Shown here one piece after another: positions 18,997-28,729 of a DNA stretch of 64,000 nucleotides (position 1 is its first letter; each line of letters opens with the position of its first letter). Below the pieces are notes generated by a model. That model saw only the letters and a list, made by a program, of their open reading frames with translations, did not search any database and was not told the origin of the DNA. The stretch comes from Oligoflexia bacterium. Its GTDB lineage: Bacteria > Bdellovibrionota > UBA1018. The translations under genes were made by a program, and so were the position numbers. The stretch covers positions 160,001 through 224,000 of the forward strand of contig CAVWVI010000004.1 of assembly GCA_963758495.1 (NCBI GenBank). The letters are read 5' to 3'.

Positions 18997-19203
18997 TCTC
19001 CTCGTAAACAACTCGATAATTAATAAAGGCGAACTACCTCATTTGTCTTAATATCTCAGAACAATCCATAGCATAATCCGTTCTCAAATTGGCCTAAAGA
19101 ATGAGCTCAGGAATTTTAACTCTATAAACGATTCAATAATGCAAGTACATAGCTGATCTCATTTAAATCCTTATTCCTAATAATCAAACAAAAATAGAGC
19201 CCA

Positions 19204-22200
19204 CTACCCCACTAGTTTTTTCTTTTTCCATTGGATTTTTACAGTTTTAGGAGGTACTTCACCTAACTCCACTAATGCCTCTTGCAATTCTTTTTGATGT
19301 TTTTGTCCTTCAAACCGAGAAAGCAAACTATACGCACAAGGTACGACAAACAACGTAAGAAGAGTTGAAAATAATATCCCCCCCACCACTACAATAGCCA
19401 TCGGTCGAATCACCTCTGCTCCGGGTCCGACTGCGATAGCTTCAGGAAAAGCTCCGGCAATTGTAGCGATAGAGGTCATGAGAATCGGGCGGAGTCGGAT
19501 AGGACACGCCTCAAGTAACGCCTCTTTGACTCCCATCCCTTCTCGGCGTCTTGCATTAGTAAAATCCACTAACAAGATCGAATTTTTTTTTACGATTCCC
19601 ATCAATAGCAAAATACCAATCAGGCTATAAATATTCAACGAAGTGTTACTAATCTGCATTGCCCAAATCGCTCCAGTCACACTAAATGGAAGTGCCAATA
19701 GAATTGCGAAAGGATGTAGAAAGCTATTAAACTGGCTAGCAAGAACCATAAAGGCCACTAAAATCCCCAAAACCAATGCCCCAAATAAACTTCTAAAAGA
19801 CTCTCCGAAAGCTTGGGAACTACCAGTCAATGTAATAAAATAACCTACGGGCAGTATTTCTTTAGCTAGTTTTTGAATAAATTCAATGACTGTTGATTGT
19901 GATAGATTAGATGGAAAATTTCCAAAAATTCCAATTCCGCGTTCACGATTATACCGAGTGATTGTAAGAAGACTTTTAGAGAGCTGAGATGAAATAACAC
20001 TTTTCAAAGATACAATTTCTCCTTGAACATTATGTACCGCTATCTTATTTATATCTAAAATATCCTGATTTTCATTCTCAACCAACTTGATCTGAATATC
20101 ATCACGATGGCCTGATGAGTCGGTATACTTATTTGGAAGCAATTTAAGACCGCCTACCATTGCGGCGATTCCCTCGGAAATCGTAGAAATAGGAACTCCA
20201 TGTTTTCCCGCCGCTACTCGATCTGGAGTGATCTTGACTTCGGGCATATTGGGGTTAAAGTCTGTATCAATATCTGTCATCATTCCTGATTGTTCGAGTC
20301 GATTCCTGAATTGAATGGAAAACTGACTCAATTTTTCCCAGTCTGGTCCTTGGATTTCAAATTCGATCGGATACCCTCGCTGCGCACTAAAGCCGGTCAA
20401 CGAAAGATCTAAGAGCGCCACTCGCTCTACGCCGGGAATATGAGCAACTTGTTTTCGAACGTATTCCATGAATTGTTGCTGGGAAGGGCGTTTTCTAAAA
20501 GGCTCGTGTATCGGACGCTCATTGGGATCCTTCATAGTAAGCAACATAATCCCTTGATTCACCAATCCCCCACCAAACCCTCCCACGGCGGTATAGTAAG
20601 TTTCAATTTCTGGACGAGATGCAAAAAAAATTTCGGCTTTTTTAAAAACCCTATCAGTGAACGCAAGCGAAGACCCCATGGGGGTATAAAGCGTTCCTAG
20701 AAATCGACTTTGGTCTTGTGGAGGAATAAATTCCTTCCTCAATGTCCTCGCCATAAATATCGATAGAATAAAAATTGCAAGGGTAGACAGAAGAACGCTC
20801 CATCTCCAGTTCAATGCAATCCCTAGCCCCTTCCGATAAGTTTTCGACAGCCGTCCCATCACTCTATTCACCCCACGGGTCACTCTATTCTCACCTCCCG
20901 TGCGGAGAAATTGCGAACAGCGCATAGGAGTGAGGGTAAGAGCTTCTAATAAAGATAGTAGAACAGCGACCGAGAGAGTAACTCCAAATTGATAAAAGAA
21001 TTTTCCGACTATACCTTGCATGAAAATAACGGGAACAAAAATAGCTAAGATCGCAAGCGATGCAGCAATTGCAGCAGTGGTAATTTCACGGGCGCCCACA
21101 AGCGCTGCCTGTACCCGATTTACCCCTTCTTCATGGTGTCTCACTATATTTTCCAAAACCATAATGGCGTCATCGACAACAATTCCTATCGAGAGTGACA
21201 ATCCCATAAGGGTAAAGCTATTGAGCGTAAATCCAAGAAAATGAAGAAAGATCATGGATCCAACCAGAGAAACGGGAATCGCTATAATTACATTCAACGA
21301 CGAACTCCAGGTCCCTAAAAACAGATAGCAAACCAGCGAAGTAAGCAGAACTGCAATACATAATGTATACAAGATAGCTGTAATAGACTGTTTGATAAAA
21401 ACAGTAGCATCTGCAACAATGCCCATATTCATCCCCTGAGGAAGGAACCCTTTCCGAAGCTGGTCAATTTTTAATTTCACGTTATCTGCGATTGCGACAG
21501 CATTAGTTCCGTGTTGTTTAATAACCCCCACTCCGATCGTGGGCTGGATACCTTCGTAGCGGGAGATTCGACGAACTTCATCGGTTCCCTCTTTACACTC
21601 AGCCACATCCTTGAGTTGAACCGTCTTCCAAATCGGATGACCCGCGCGTACAGGGATTTCCAGCGCATTGCATTCCTCTGCATTCTTAAACTCAGAATAA
21701 ACACGAACATAGGTTTCTTGAGGACCCTTGTCTTGATATCCAGTAGGCGAGAGTTGGTTTCCATAATTTACCGCATCAATCACATCCTTAAATGTAATTT
21801 GCTGACTCACCAACTGATTATTGTGCAGCCAAATTCTCATCTGAGGATCAACGTAGCCACCCAGTGCGACATCACCTACTCCATTTACGGAAGTGATACT
21901 ATCTTTCAGGTGATCTCTGACGAACAATGCTAGGTCACGCAGTGTGTCTTTGACACTATAGACAGCTACCCAAAGAATAGGCTGATCTTCTGGATTGGTC
22001 TTCGTTATAACAGGGGGATCTATATTCTGTGGAAGATTTTTTTGAGCTTGGGAAACTTTAGTCTGTACCTCTTCCAATGCAACGTTAATATCCTGGTTTA
22101 AATTGAATTGAATACGAATTTGAGTACTGCCTTCCTGCGAGGTAGATTGCACCAGTTGAGATCCATCCACACTCATGACTGCATCTTCAATAATATCTGC

Positions 22201-22389
22201 AACCGCTGACTCCATAACATCAGGAGATGCGCCCGCCCATGTTACAGTTACGGTGATCACCGGAAAATCTACATCCGGAAGCTGACTGATGCCCATATTC
22301 GTAAATGAAATGGCACCAAAGACAATCAACCCCATCATTAACATCCAAGAAAATACTGGATTTTTGATGGAGATATCGGAAAGCGTCAT
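19204..22389 (-). CDS. RND efflux transporter permease (AcrB/AcrD/AcrF family)
   Basis: PDVDFPVITV, GIVVDDAIMVLENI, GIVKKNSILLVDF and RLRPILMTS. Confidence 0.95.
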   Translation of the reverse strand: MTLSDISIKNPVFSWMLMMGLIVFGAISFTNMGISQLPDVDFPVITVTVTWAGASPDVMESAVADIIEDAVMSVDGSQLVQSTSQEGSTQIRIQFNLNQDINVALEEVQTKVSQAQKNLPQNIDPPVITKTNPEDQPILWVAVYSVKDTLRDLALFVRDHLKDSITSVNGVGDVALGGYVDPQMRIWLHNNQLVSQQITFKDVIDAVNYGNQLSPTGYQDKGPQETYVRVYSEFKNAEECNALEIPVRAGHPIWKTVQLKDVAECKEGTDEVRRISRYEGIQPTIGVGVIKQHGTNAVAIADNVKLKIDQLRKGFLPQGMNMGIVADATVFIKQSITAILYTLCIAVLLTSLVCYLFLGTWSSSLNVIIAIPVSLVGSMIFLHFLGFTLNSFTLMGLSLSIGIVVDDAIMVLENIVRHHEEGVNRVQAALVGAREITTAAIAASLAILAIFVPVIFMQGIVGKFFYQFGVTLSVAVLLSLLEALTLTPMRCSQFLRTGGENRVTRGVNRVMGRLSKTYRKGLGIALNWRWSVLLSTLAIFILSIFMARTLRKEFIPPQDQSRFLGTLYTPMGSSLAFTDRVFKKAEIFFASRPEIETYYTAVGGFGGGLVNQGIMLLTMKDPNERPIHEPFRKRPSQQQFMEYVRKQVAHIPGVERVALLDLSLTGFSAQRGYPIEFEIQGPDWEKLSQFSIQFRNRLEQSGMMTDIDTDFNPNMPEVKITPDRVAAGKHGVPISTISEGIAAMVGGLKLLPNKYTDSSGHRDDIQIKLVENENQDILDINKIAVHNVQGEIVSLKSVISSQLSKSLLTITRYNRERGIGIFGNFPSNLSQSTVIEFIQKLAKEILPVGYFITLTGSSQAFGESFRSLFGALVLGILVAFMVLASQFNSFLHPFAILLALPFSVTGAIWAMQISNTSLNIYSLIGILLLMGIVKKNSILLVDFTNARRREGMGVKEALLEACPIRLRPILMTSIATIAGAFPEAIAVGPGAEVIRPMAIVVVGGILFSTLLTLFVVPCAYSLLSRFEGQKHQKELQEALVELGEVPPKTVKIQWKKKKLVG

Positions 22390-22504
22390 AGCCGATCCCC
22401 TACCCGAAAGGTCTACCTGCTAGACTCATTCCATAATACTTGAATCATTTGTAGCACTCAGGTTTACTCTAAAGGTCGCCCTAAGTTGGCTTGAGGTAGA
22501 AAAA

Positions 22505-22708
22505 ATGAAAAAGGAAATGCACCCAATTATCTTTTTTGATGGGATGTGTTCAGTCTGTAATCACTTTGTAGATTTTGTCTTAAAAAGAGATACTCGGGTG
22601 TTTTTATTTGCATCTCTTCAAGGAAGCACAGCTCAAGAGAAACTCAACCCCTCTCTTGCGGGAACCGAACCCAACTCAATGGTTTTATTGAGGGTGAACT
22701 TTGGATGA
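22505..22708 (+). pseudogene. Truncated DCC-family (DUF393) thiol-disulfide oxidoreductase
   Basis: IIFFDGMCSVCNHFVDFV..FASLQ N-terminus, but only 67 aa. Homology stops near 22686. Confidence 0.7.
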
Positions 22709-22830
22709 GTATGATTCAAAGCAGATTACAAACTGCTCACATATACAACGAGGAAACAGCAAGAGAGGTGGCAAAGGTCATTACTGAAAATTATTTTATT
22801 TTATTTCAGAAACTCAGAGCTAAGTCGTAA
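22687..22830 (+). pseudogene. 3' remnant of HI0074-type HEPN (nucleotidyltransferase substrate-binding) gene
   Basis: Manual translation IEGELWMSMIQSRLQTAHIYNEETAREVAKVITENYFILFQKLRAKS*, containing the Rx4HxY motif. Not in the ORF track. Confidence 0.65.
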
Positions 22831-23051
22831 TCTACGGATCGCGAGCAAAAGGGACATTCAAAAACGGGTCAGATATTGATTTCACCTTAAAAGGAAAAGA
22901 TCTTGACCTCGCTGCTGTTAATCGCATCCGATTGAAATTGGATGACCTTTTACTTCCTTACACCTTCGATATCTCCATCTTTTGTCAAATTGACAACCCA
23001 GCTTTGCTGGATCATATCCAGCGTATAGGCATAGTCTTTTATAAAAAATGA
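22824..23051 (+). pseudogene. 5'-truncated minimal nucleotidyltransferase (MNT antitoxin)
   Basis: Manual translation VVIYGSRAKGTFKNGSDIDFTLKG...LDDLLLPYTFDISIFCQIDNPALLDHIQRIGIVFYKK*. In-frame TAA immediately upstream and no start codon. Confidence 0.75.
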
Positions 23052-23246
23052 ACTCATATTTCTTCATGACTGCTCTCCAAATATTTTAGTTGAATTATTG
23101 GGTAACCCTGAGGAACTCAAAGTCAAATAGGAAAGGTTCCCCTCCTTAAAAACATTTTCTGAAGCGCCCTACATGCTGTTGACTATCATCTCTAAACATT
23201 GGATCATTAAATTCGCACTAGGCACGAAGCCTGGAAAGTTGAGATT

Positions 23247-24071
23247 ATGGACTTATCAAGAAATATTGGATTAATTTCCCAAAAGCAACAAGACCGGATG
23301 CTCGGGGCTTCAGTTTTAATCTGCGGCTGTGGAGGAATGGGTGGAGTTTGTGCCGAAGTTCTGGTTCGCATGGGAATCCAAAAACTCACCTTAATTGACC
23401 ACGATAAATTTGAACCTAGCAACAGCAATCGACAAATTCACTGCAATCAATCTAATATGGGAAAGTATAAAGCCGATGTTCTGAAAAAAGAATTTCTGAA
23501 GATCAATCCCAAAGCCAAAATCAAGGTATTTAGAGAGCCAGTTGGCCTTAAAAACGTGAAAAAGATTCTCGAAGGTGTCGATGTAGTTGTTAATGGAATG
23601 GATCAGATGCTTCCCAGCATTTGTCTCGAAAGAGAAGCGAGACGAAGGGGAATCGCAATCGTGGACGCCTGGATTACTCCATTTGCAAGCGTATTTACTA
23701 TGAAACCCACTGATCCCCACTGGGAAGAGTTTCTCGGATTTCCTACTCATACTAAACGTGAAGAAGAAATTACAAAGGAGGATTGCTTAAACGCTCTGAG
23801 AAAAGAAGTTTCATATACCTTCGATCACTTCGATCCTTATAGTCATATTAAAAAAGGATTGGTAAAAAGGATTGTTGAAGATAAGCAGAAACGCCCGAGC
23901 TTGGCACCCGTCGTATGGCTCAGCGGCGTACTCATGGCAAATGAGGTATTCAAATTGGTTGTTGGACTTCCAGATATTGGTCCTGCTGGAATTTTCTACG
24001 ATCAATATAAGCACAGGCTCATGGCAGGAAAAATAAGGAGCCCTCGCTCTCCCAGAAAGAATAGGACATAA
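23247..24071 (+). CDS. ThiF/MoeB/E1-like adenylyltransferase
   Basis: SRNIG, VLICGCGGMG, LIDHDKFEPSNSNRQ, GKYKA and VVNGMD. Confidence 0.9.
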   Translation: MDLSRNIGLISQKQQDRMLGASVLICGCGGMGGVCAEVLVRMGIQKLTLIDHDKFEPSNSNRQIHCNQSNMGKYKADVLKKEFLKINPKAKIKVFREPVGLKNVKKILEGVDVVVNGMDQMLPSICLEREARRRGIAIVDAWITPFASVFTMKPTDPHWEEFLGFPTHTKREEEITKEDCLNALRKEVSYTFDHFDPYSHIKKGLVKRIVEDKQKRPSLAPVVWLSGVLMANEVFKLVVGLPDIGPAGIFYDQYKHRLMAGKIRSPRSPRKNRT

Positions 24072-24074
24072 TTC

Positions 24075-25328
24075 ATGGATGAGTCTCTTGGAAAAAAGGG
24101 AATACTCATTACATCATTAATTTATGTTTTATTTCCCCTTTTGATGGGACTCAAAGAATACCCCCTCCTTTTGCCTTCAGAGCAGACCTTATACCTCATT
24201 GGAAGGATCGGAGTCATACTCGTTTCTTGGGTCTATTTTGTACTAGCGCTTTTCGATAAGCAGCCATCTCATTATCCAGCCGCCTTTTATTTAATAGGGC
24301 TAGTCTATGCCATTCATGGCCAGTACTTTCAGCCTAATTACTGGTTGGCTATGATTGAACTGAACTCACTTTTTCCCCTCTTCTTCCTTCTTAAGCAGCG
24401 AATCATGTATATTTTATACGGAATCGGATTATTCTTCTTTGACATCACCTTTTATTTTTTTTCTGAACGATTTATTAAGTCCGGCGCCTTCAGTGAACCT
24501 CTGAGAGGCGACATCTTAATCGGTACTATAATCACTGCAATGATTGCATTAGTCACATACAATAATCTCATCGTCGCCAGAAGCGCAAAAAATCGCTTAC
24601 TCCATCGCTTCGTAGATGTCGGAAAGAATTTCAGTTTTATTATTCATGACCTTAAGGGAATGATAGCCACTCCAGCGATTTATGCGACACTCCTTCAAAG
24701 ATCCATTGAATCGAACGGACCCGTAGAAAAAGAAAAAGGTCTCGTTCGCCAACTCACCGAAGATCTGCAATCAATCAAAGTCTTCGTGACTGAGACGACA
24801 CGGCTGGTTGCAGCTGAATTTTCCCCTGAAAACACTGAACGGGTAAAATTCGTGAAAATCAGTGACTCCACCGAGCTCGTAAAGACCTTGCTGAGGTCCA
24901 AACTCAAATCCATCCAGGTTTCCCAGGAGGGTGATTTAGAGATAGCAGCCAAGCTTGAGCTCATTAATCGAATCCTGATTAATATATTTAGCAACGCAGT
25001 AGATGCCATCCTCAAGAATAAAGCAGAAGCAAGCGAAATCAAGATTACCTGTCGAGAGAATGAAGTCCAGGTCACAGATAATAGCGGATCACACCTTTCA
25101 TCGGAAACTCTTAAAAAGCTAAATAGCCAAAGCACATCATTTACTGATAAACCTCAAGGCAGTGGACTTGGAACTCTTATTATCAAGGACTATATTGCAT
25201 CAATCGGTGGTAAGGTACGGTATACGAACGGCGAAACCGGAGTGAAAGTAACTCTTTATTTTCCTAAGAAAATCGTAAAATCTCCTGAACGAATGGTTAA
25301 TGCGCCCACTGGCCTTGAAATGAGCTAA
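24075..25328 (+). CDS. Multi-pass membrane sensor histidine kinase
   Basis: About 6 N-terminal TM segments, HDLKG H-box, NIFSNAVDA and GSGLG. Confidence 0.88.
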   Translation: MDESLGKKGILITSLIYVLFPLLMGLKEYPLLLPSEQTLYLIGRIGVILVSWVYFVLALFDKQPSHYPAAFYLIGLVYAIHGQYFQPNYWLAMIELNSLFPLFFLLKQRIMYILYGIGLFFFDITFYFFSERFIKSGAFSEPLRGDILIGTIITAMIALVTYNNLIVARSAKNRLLHRFVDVGKNFSFIIHDLKGMIATPAIYATLLQRSIESNGPVEKEKGLVRQLTEDLQSIKVFVTETTRLVAAEFSPENTERVKFVKISDSTELVKTLLRSKLKSIQVSQEGDLEIAAKLELINRILINIFSNAVDAILKNKAEASEIKITCRENEVQVTDNSGSHLSSETLKKLNSQSTSFTDKPQGSGLGTLIIKDYIASIGGKVRYTNGETGVKVTLYFPKKIVKSPERMVNAPTGLEMS

Positions 25329-25351
25329 GTGAACGAGACGAGGTATTTGAG

Positions 25352-26431
25352 ATGTTGAAACAAGTCACGATTGACCCGGTAGGTGAACAACAAGGGATTC
25401 TTATTGTAGATGACGATCCAGCTATTTTACGAGCACTCTCAACTCTTTTGGAACCTTACGGAAAAATTAAAACTGCCAGCAATGTAAGCAAAGCTCTGGC
25501 CATTCTCGAATCAAACTCGTTTGGTGTCGTGGTCACTGACTATGATCTGGGTGATGGAAATGGGATCGATTTACTGGAATCTGTGCGTTCAAAGAACCCC
25601 GAACTGCCAGTGATTATGATAACCGCATTTGGAAGCAAGAACCTAGTCATTGATACTCTGAATCGTCATGTGTTTGGGTTTGTTGAAAAGCCTTTTGACC
25701 CGCAGGAGGTCGAAGAACTCATTCAGCGTGCACTTAAAAAAAAACAAAAAGAGGATATTCTTAACAAGTTTGCTACCTTAGGTGAATCTGCTGGCAACCT
25801 TGTCCATGAGATCGCCAATCCCTTGTCCATCATTTCTCTCAAAATTGAGCTTCTGCAAGAATTGGCAAGCCGCGAGGGTAATTCGGAACTTATGGATTCG
25901 GCTAACAAACTGTCGGAATCGACTAGACGAATCAGCGAAATCATCAACTGGACTAAGGGTAGCCTTAAGAAATCTCTTTCATTGACGGCTGAGACTTTTC
26001 AAATGCGAGAGACCTTGAATAGACTACGACAAGAGTGCCTTGCGAAAGCAGTAGCACAGAAGGTCCAGGTCATCATAACGCCGGGTAGTGATGTCTTGGT
26101 AAAAGGAAATAAAGATCAGCTACTCGAGGTTTTTGTTAATCTCGTTAACAATGGAATTGAGGCAGCTGCATCCTGCGATGAGAAATGGGTCAAAGTTGAT
26201 GTACAAAATCAGGAGAAAGGGCTCCAAATTACCGTAACGGACAGCGGCCCCGGCATTCCAGAGGTAGTTCGTAGAAAATTATTTACCCCTCTTTTTACAA
26301 CAAAAGGGGAAGCTGGAACGGGGCTTGGCCTTGTCATTGTTCGAAAGATCCTCCATGCTCATGGCGGCAGTATTTCGCTCAACGAACAAACTTCGAATAC
26401 CCAATTTGTAATTCAACTTCCTTCAATGTAA
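25352..26431 (+). CDS. Hybrid receiver-histidine kinase
   Basis: N-terminal receiver (ILIVDDD, TDY, KP), then HEIANPL, NLVNN, DSGPG and GTGLGL. Confidence 0.92.
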   Translation: MLKQVTIDPVGEQQGILIVDDDPAILRALSTLLEPYGKIKTASNVSKALAILESNSFGVVVTDYDLGDGNGIDLLESVRSKNPELPVIMITAFGSKNLVIDTLNRHVFGFVEKPFDPQEVEELIQRALKKKQKEDILNKFATLGESAGNLVHEIANPLSIISLKIELLQELASREGNSELMDSANKLSESTRRISEIINWTKGSLKKSLSLTAETFQMRETLNRLRQECLAKAVAQKVQVIITPGSDVLVKGNKDQLLEVFVNLVNNGIEAAASCDEKWVKVDVQNQEKGLQITVTDSGPGIPEVVRRKLFTPLFTTKGEAGTGLGLVIVRKILHAHGGSISLNEQTSNTQFVIQLPSM

Positions 26432-26450
26432 GTAGGTCCTTTAGGGCTGT
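26427..26450 (+). repeat. Dispersed intergenic repeat copy (TGTAAGTAGGTCCTTTAGGGCTGT)
   Basis: Direct repeat of 27456-27480. Confidence 0.7.
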
Positions 26451-26483
26451 AGAACTCCAGAATAAATGATCTGAATATTTAGA

Positions 26484-27434
26484 TTATGACACCTTTGAGT
26501 GGTGATCTTGCTGGTTTTGACCCTCGGCCCGAGGCAATGATTTTGTGTTCACATGAATGAGGTGAGGTTTAGAAGGTAACTTGGAGGGCAACTTGGAAGG
26601 TAAATGCGGTTGCACCTTTCCCTCAAAGATTCGAGAAAAGTGATTACGAAAGCCGATCCAAAATAACTGAAGATTCATTCTCATCGCAAATTTGAGATCA
26701 ACTCTTCCGACCTGAACGATATCCTCACCTTTAGAATAGTCTAACCAATAGATACAAAAGAGATTTGCTTCAAGCTTGTGATAACGCGAAAGCTTTCGCG
26801 GGTCCTGCTCAAAACCCATCTCTTTCTGTGGAGATTTCATAACGAATCTCCTCGAATCGATCTCAACCTTATCTTTAGGAAAATACTTGTCGACATATTC
26901 TCGAGCAAGAAGATTTAAGACTTTAACATATTCTTTTTTAGGAGGTTTAACCAAACTTCCCTTATAATTAGGCCAAACATCACTAAAAAGATCACTGAAC
27001 GTGCCAATGATCGAAGGAGTTGAGGATATATTAGTGTAATAATAGCTCCCGAACTTTCGTCTCTGCAATACCGCCATATAGGCATAGGGTACTCTCAATA
27101 GGTCAACCCCCTTGTTTTTAGCAATCATCACCAATCCGGCGTGAATCGAAGGCATAGGCTTCTCCTCCAAAATCACGTTGTAAAAAAAACCTACAGTTTC
27201 GCCTGCCAAGCGCATCAAACAAAAAGTGGAGGTGGCAAAAAAATTCTTGATACTCTCGAAGTCGTTTTCCGGGTCAAAGATCCCATACTGGAGATTGTTG
27301 CCAGAAATTTCATTGACGTGATCTAACCGGGCTTTCAGATTCTGAATTTCCTCCTGACTCATCCACTGACCCGGCTGAAGGAGATACTCAAGTTCATAAT
27401 TTGCAAACTTCTTCACGACTTTATTCATGCTCAT
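26484..27434 (-). CDS. Hypothetical protein, possibly GNAT-like acyltransferase fold
   Basis: 316-aa ORF. VGFFYN..SIHAGLVMIAKNKGVDLL loosely resembles GNAT motif A; LPSK x3 repeat at the C-terminus. Confidence 0.6.
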   Translation of the reverse strand: MSMNKVVKKFANYELEYLLQPGQWMSQEEIQNLKARLDHVNEISGNNLQYGIFDPENDFESIKNFFATSTFCLMRLAGETVGFFYNVILEEKPMPSIHAGLVMIAKNKGVDLLRVPYAYMAVLQRRKFGSYYYTNISSTPSIIGTFSDLFSDVWPNYKGSLVKPPKKEYVKVLNLLAREYVDKYFPKDKVEIDSRRFVMKSPQKEMGFEQDPRKLSRYHKLEANLFCIYWLDYSKGEDIVQVGRVDLKFAMRMNLQLFWIGFRNHFSRIFEGKVQPHLPSKLPSKLPSKPHLIHVNTKSLPRAEGQNQQDHHSKVS

Positions 27435-27455
27435 ATCCTCATTCCGAAAGATGCT

Positions 27456-27556
27456 TGGTAAGTAGTTCCTTTAGGGCTGTTGACAATCACAGCAAGGAGT
27501 CCTGTTGCGCCGTAAAGATTTGGATTCCCAGTGCAACAGGACTCCTTGCTGTGATT
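27456..27556 (+). repeat. About 100-bp structured repeat: dispersed motif plus 24-bp perfect inverted repeat (27485-27508/27533-27556)
   Basis: Homologous to 53321-53419 in reverse orientation, including the loop sequence. Confidence 0.85.
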
Positions 27557-27761
27557 AAGTTTAACCTAGGTCTCACTTCGCCCCATAAGAACTATTACAC
27601 ATTAACCAATTAAATTGGTCAACTAAAATCGGTGTGCATAGTGTCCATTTAAAAAATGTTACACTACCAAAGTACACTTAATCAGGTACACTTAAGCATA
27701 ATCAGCATAAGGGGTATCTTTGCTTGTTAATTATCAAGAAGAATGGATACTTAGAGGGATA

Positions 27762-28022
27762 ATGAGGTCGGACAAATCAAGTCGCGCTACTATTGAAAAA
27801 GCCCTTAAACTACTCGAAGAACACGGATATTCTGTTAAAAAACAAATTCAATACACAAAGAAAACTTTTGAAATATCCGTTCAGACTTTGGAACAGGTTC
27901 GCCAAGTGCAGGGAGCTCTTGGATATAAATTAAAAGACATTGTAGAAGAAGCCTTTACTCAGTGGCTTGAGGTCAAGAATAAGGAATATATGAAGGTCAT
28001 AAAAGCGAAAGAGAATAATTGA
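27762..28022 (+). CDS. Small hypothetical protein, possible ribbon-helix-helix-like regulator (ORF open from 27720)
   Basis: KKTFEISVQTLEQVRQVQGALGYKLKDIVEEAFTQWL strand-helix-helix pattern; AGAGGG RBS. Confidence 0.55.
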   Translation: MRSDKSSRATIEKALKLLEEHGYSVKKQIQYTKKTFEISVQTLEQVRQVQGALGYKLKDIVEEAFTQWLEVKNKEYMKVIKAKENN

Positions 28023-28058
28023 CTGCCCCCTCAATAACTGAGAGATAATCGCCTAGTC

Positions 28059-28724
28059 ATGAGAGAATTTTGTTGGACCTGCCATCGCCCCACCGTGGCG
28101 TGCTTTTGCGCGCTGACCCGTCCATTTGTAAGCTTTGCCGACTTTGCGCTGATTGTGCATCCTGACGAAGCCAGAAGTACTGTCGGTACTGCTTGGATCT
28201 TGCGTCGATCGATTTCCAATATCAAGTGGTTCCGAAGCAAAGGAATTGGACTTGACTCAGACCCAGGTTTTCTCGAGATGCTCAGCGCACCTGGGAGCGT
28301 CCCACTGCTTCTTTTTCCGGGTCCAAAAGTGTTTAATCTCAGTCAGGATTCTACTGAGGCCTGGGAAAGTCTCGTTTCAAATTCACAGCGTCCACTCTTT
28401 ATCGTCATTGATGGTACTTGGACCCAAGCGCATGCGATGCTAAGAAAAAGCATGCTTCTTCACGCACTGCCTCGAGTGAGCTTTGAAACGATACAGCTCT
28501 CGGAATATGGCTTTAAAAAACAACCCCACCAGTTCTGTTTGTCGAGCGTCGAGGGAGTACATCGAGTGATTGAAGTCCTTGCGTCTCGCGGATGGGGGCA
28601 ACTTCCAGCTTTGCGCGAACATGATCAAATGATTGAGATATTTAGAAATATGGTTAAATTTCAGATCAAACAGAATAGGAATCCACAGGCGGACTCTCGC
28701 GTGATGGGCCGTACTCTCGATTAA
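28059..28724 (+). CDS. DTW-domain tRNA-uridine aminocarboxypropyltransferase (TapT-like)
   Basis: CxxC..CxC N-terminus, HPDE, LLFPG, IDGTW and LSSVE. Confidence 0.88.
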   Translation: MREFCWTCHRPTVACFCALTRPFVSFADFALIVHPDEARSTVGTAWILRRSISNIKWFRSKGIGLDSDPGFLEMLSAPGSVPLLLFPGPKVFNLSQDSTEAWESLVSNSQRPLFIVIDGTWTQAHAMLRKSMLLHALPRVSFETIQLSEYGFKKQPHQFCLSSVEGVHRVIEVLASRGWGQLPALREHDQMIEIFRNMVKFQIKQNRNPQADSRVMGRTLD

Positions 28725-28729
28725 ATGAT

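Noticed and set aside
19204..22389. RND permease lacking adjacent MFP/TolC genes as a novelty
   Set aside because: Orphan RND permeases are common and partners may be encoded elsewhere.
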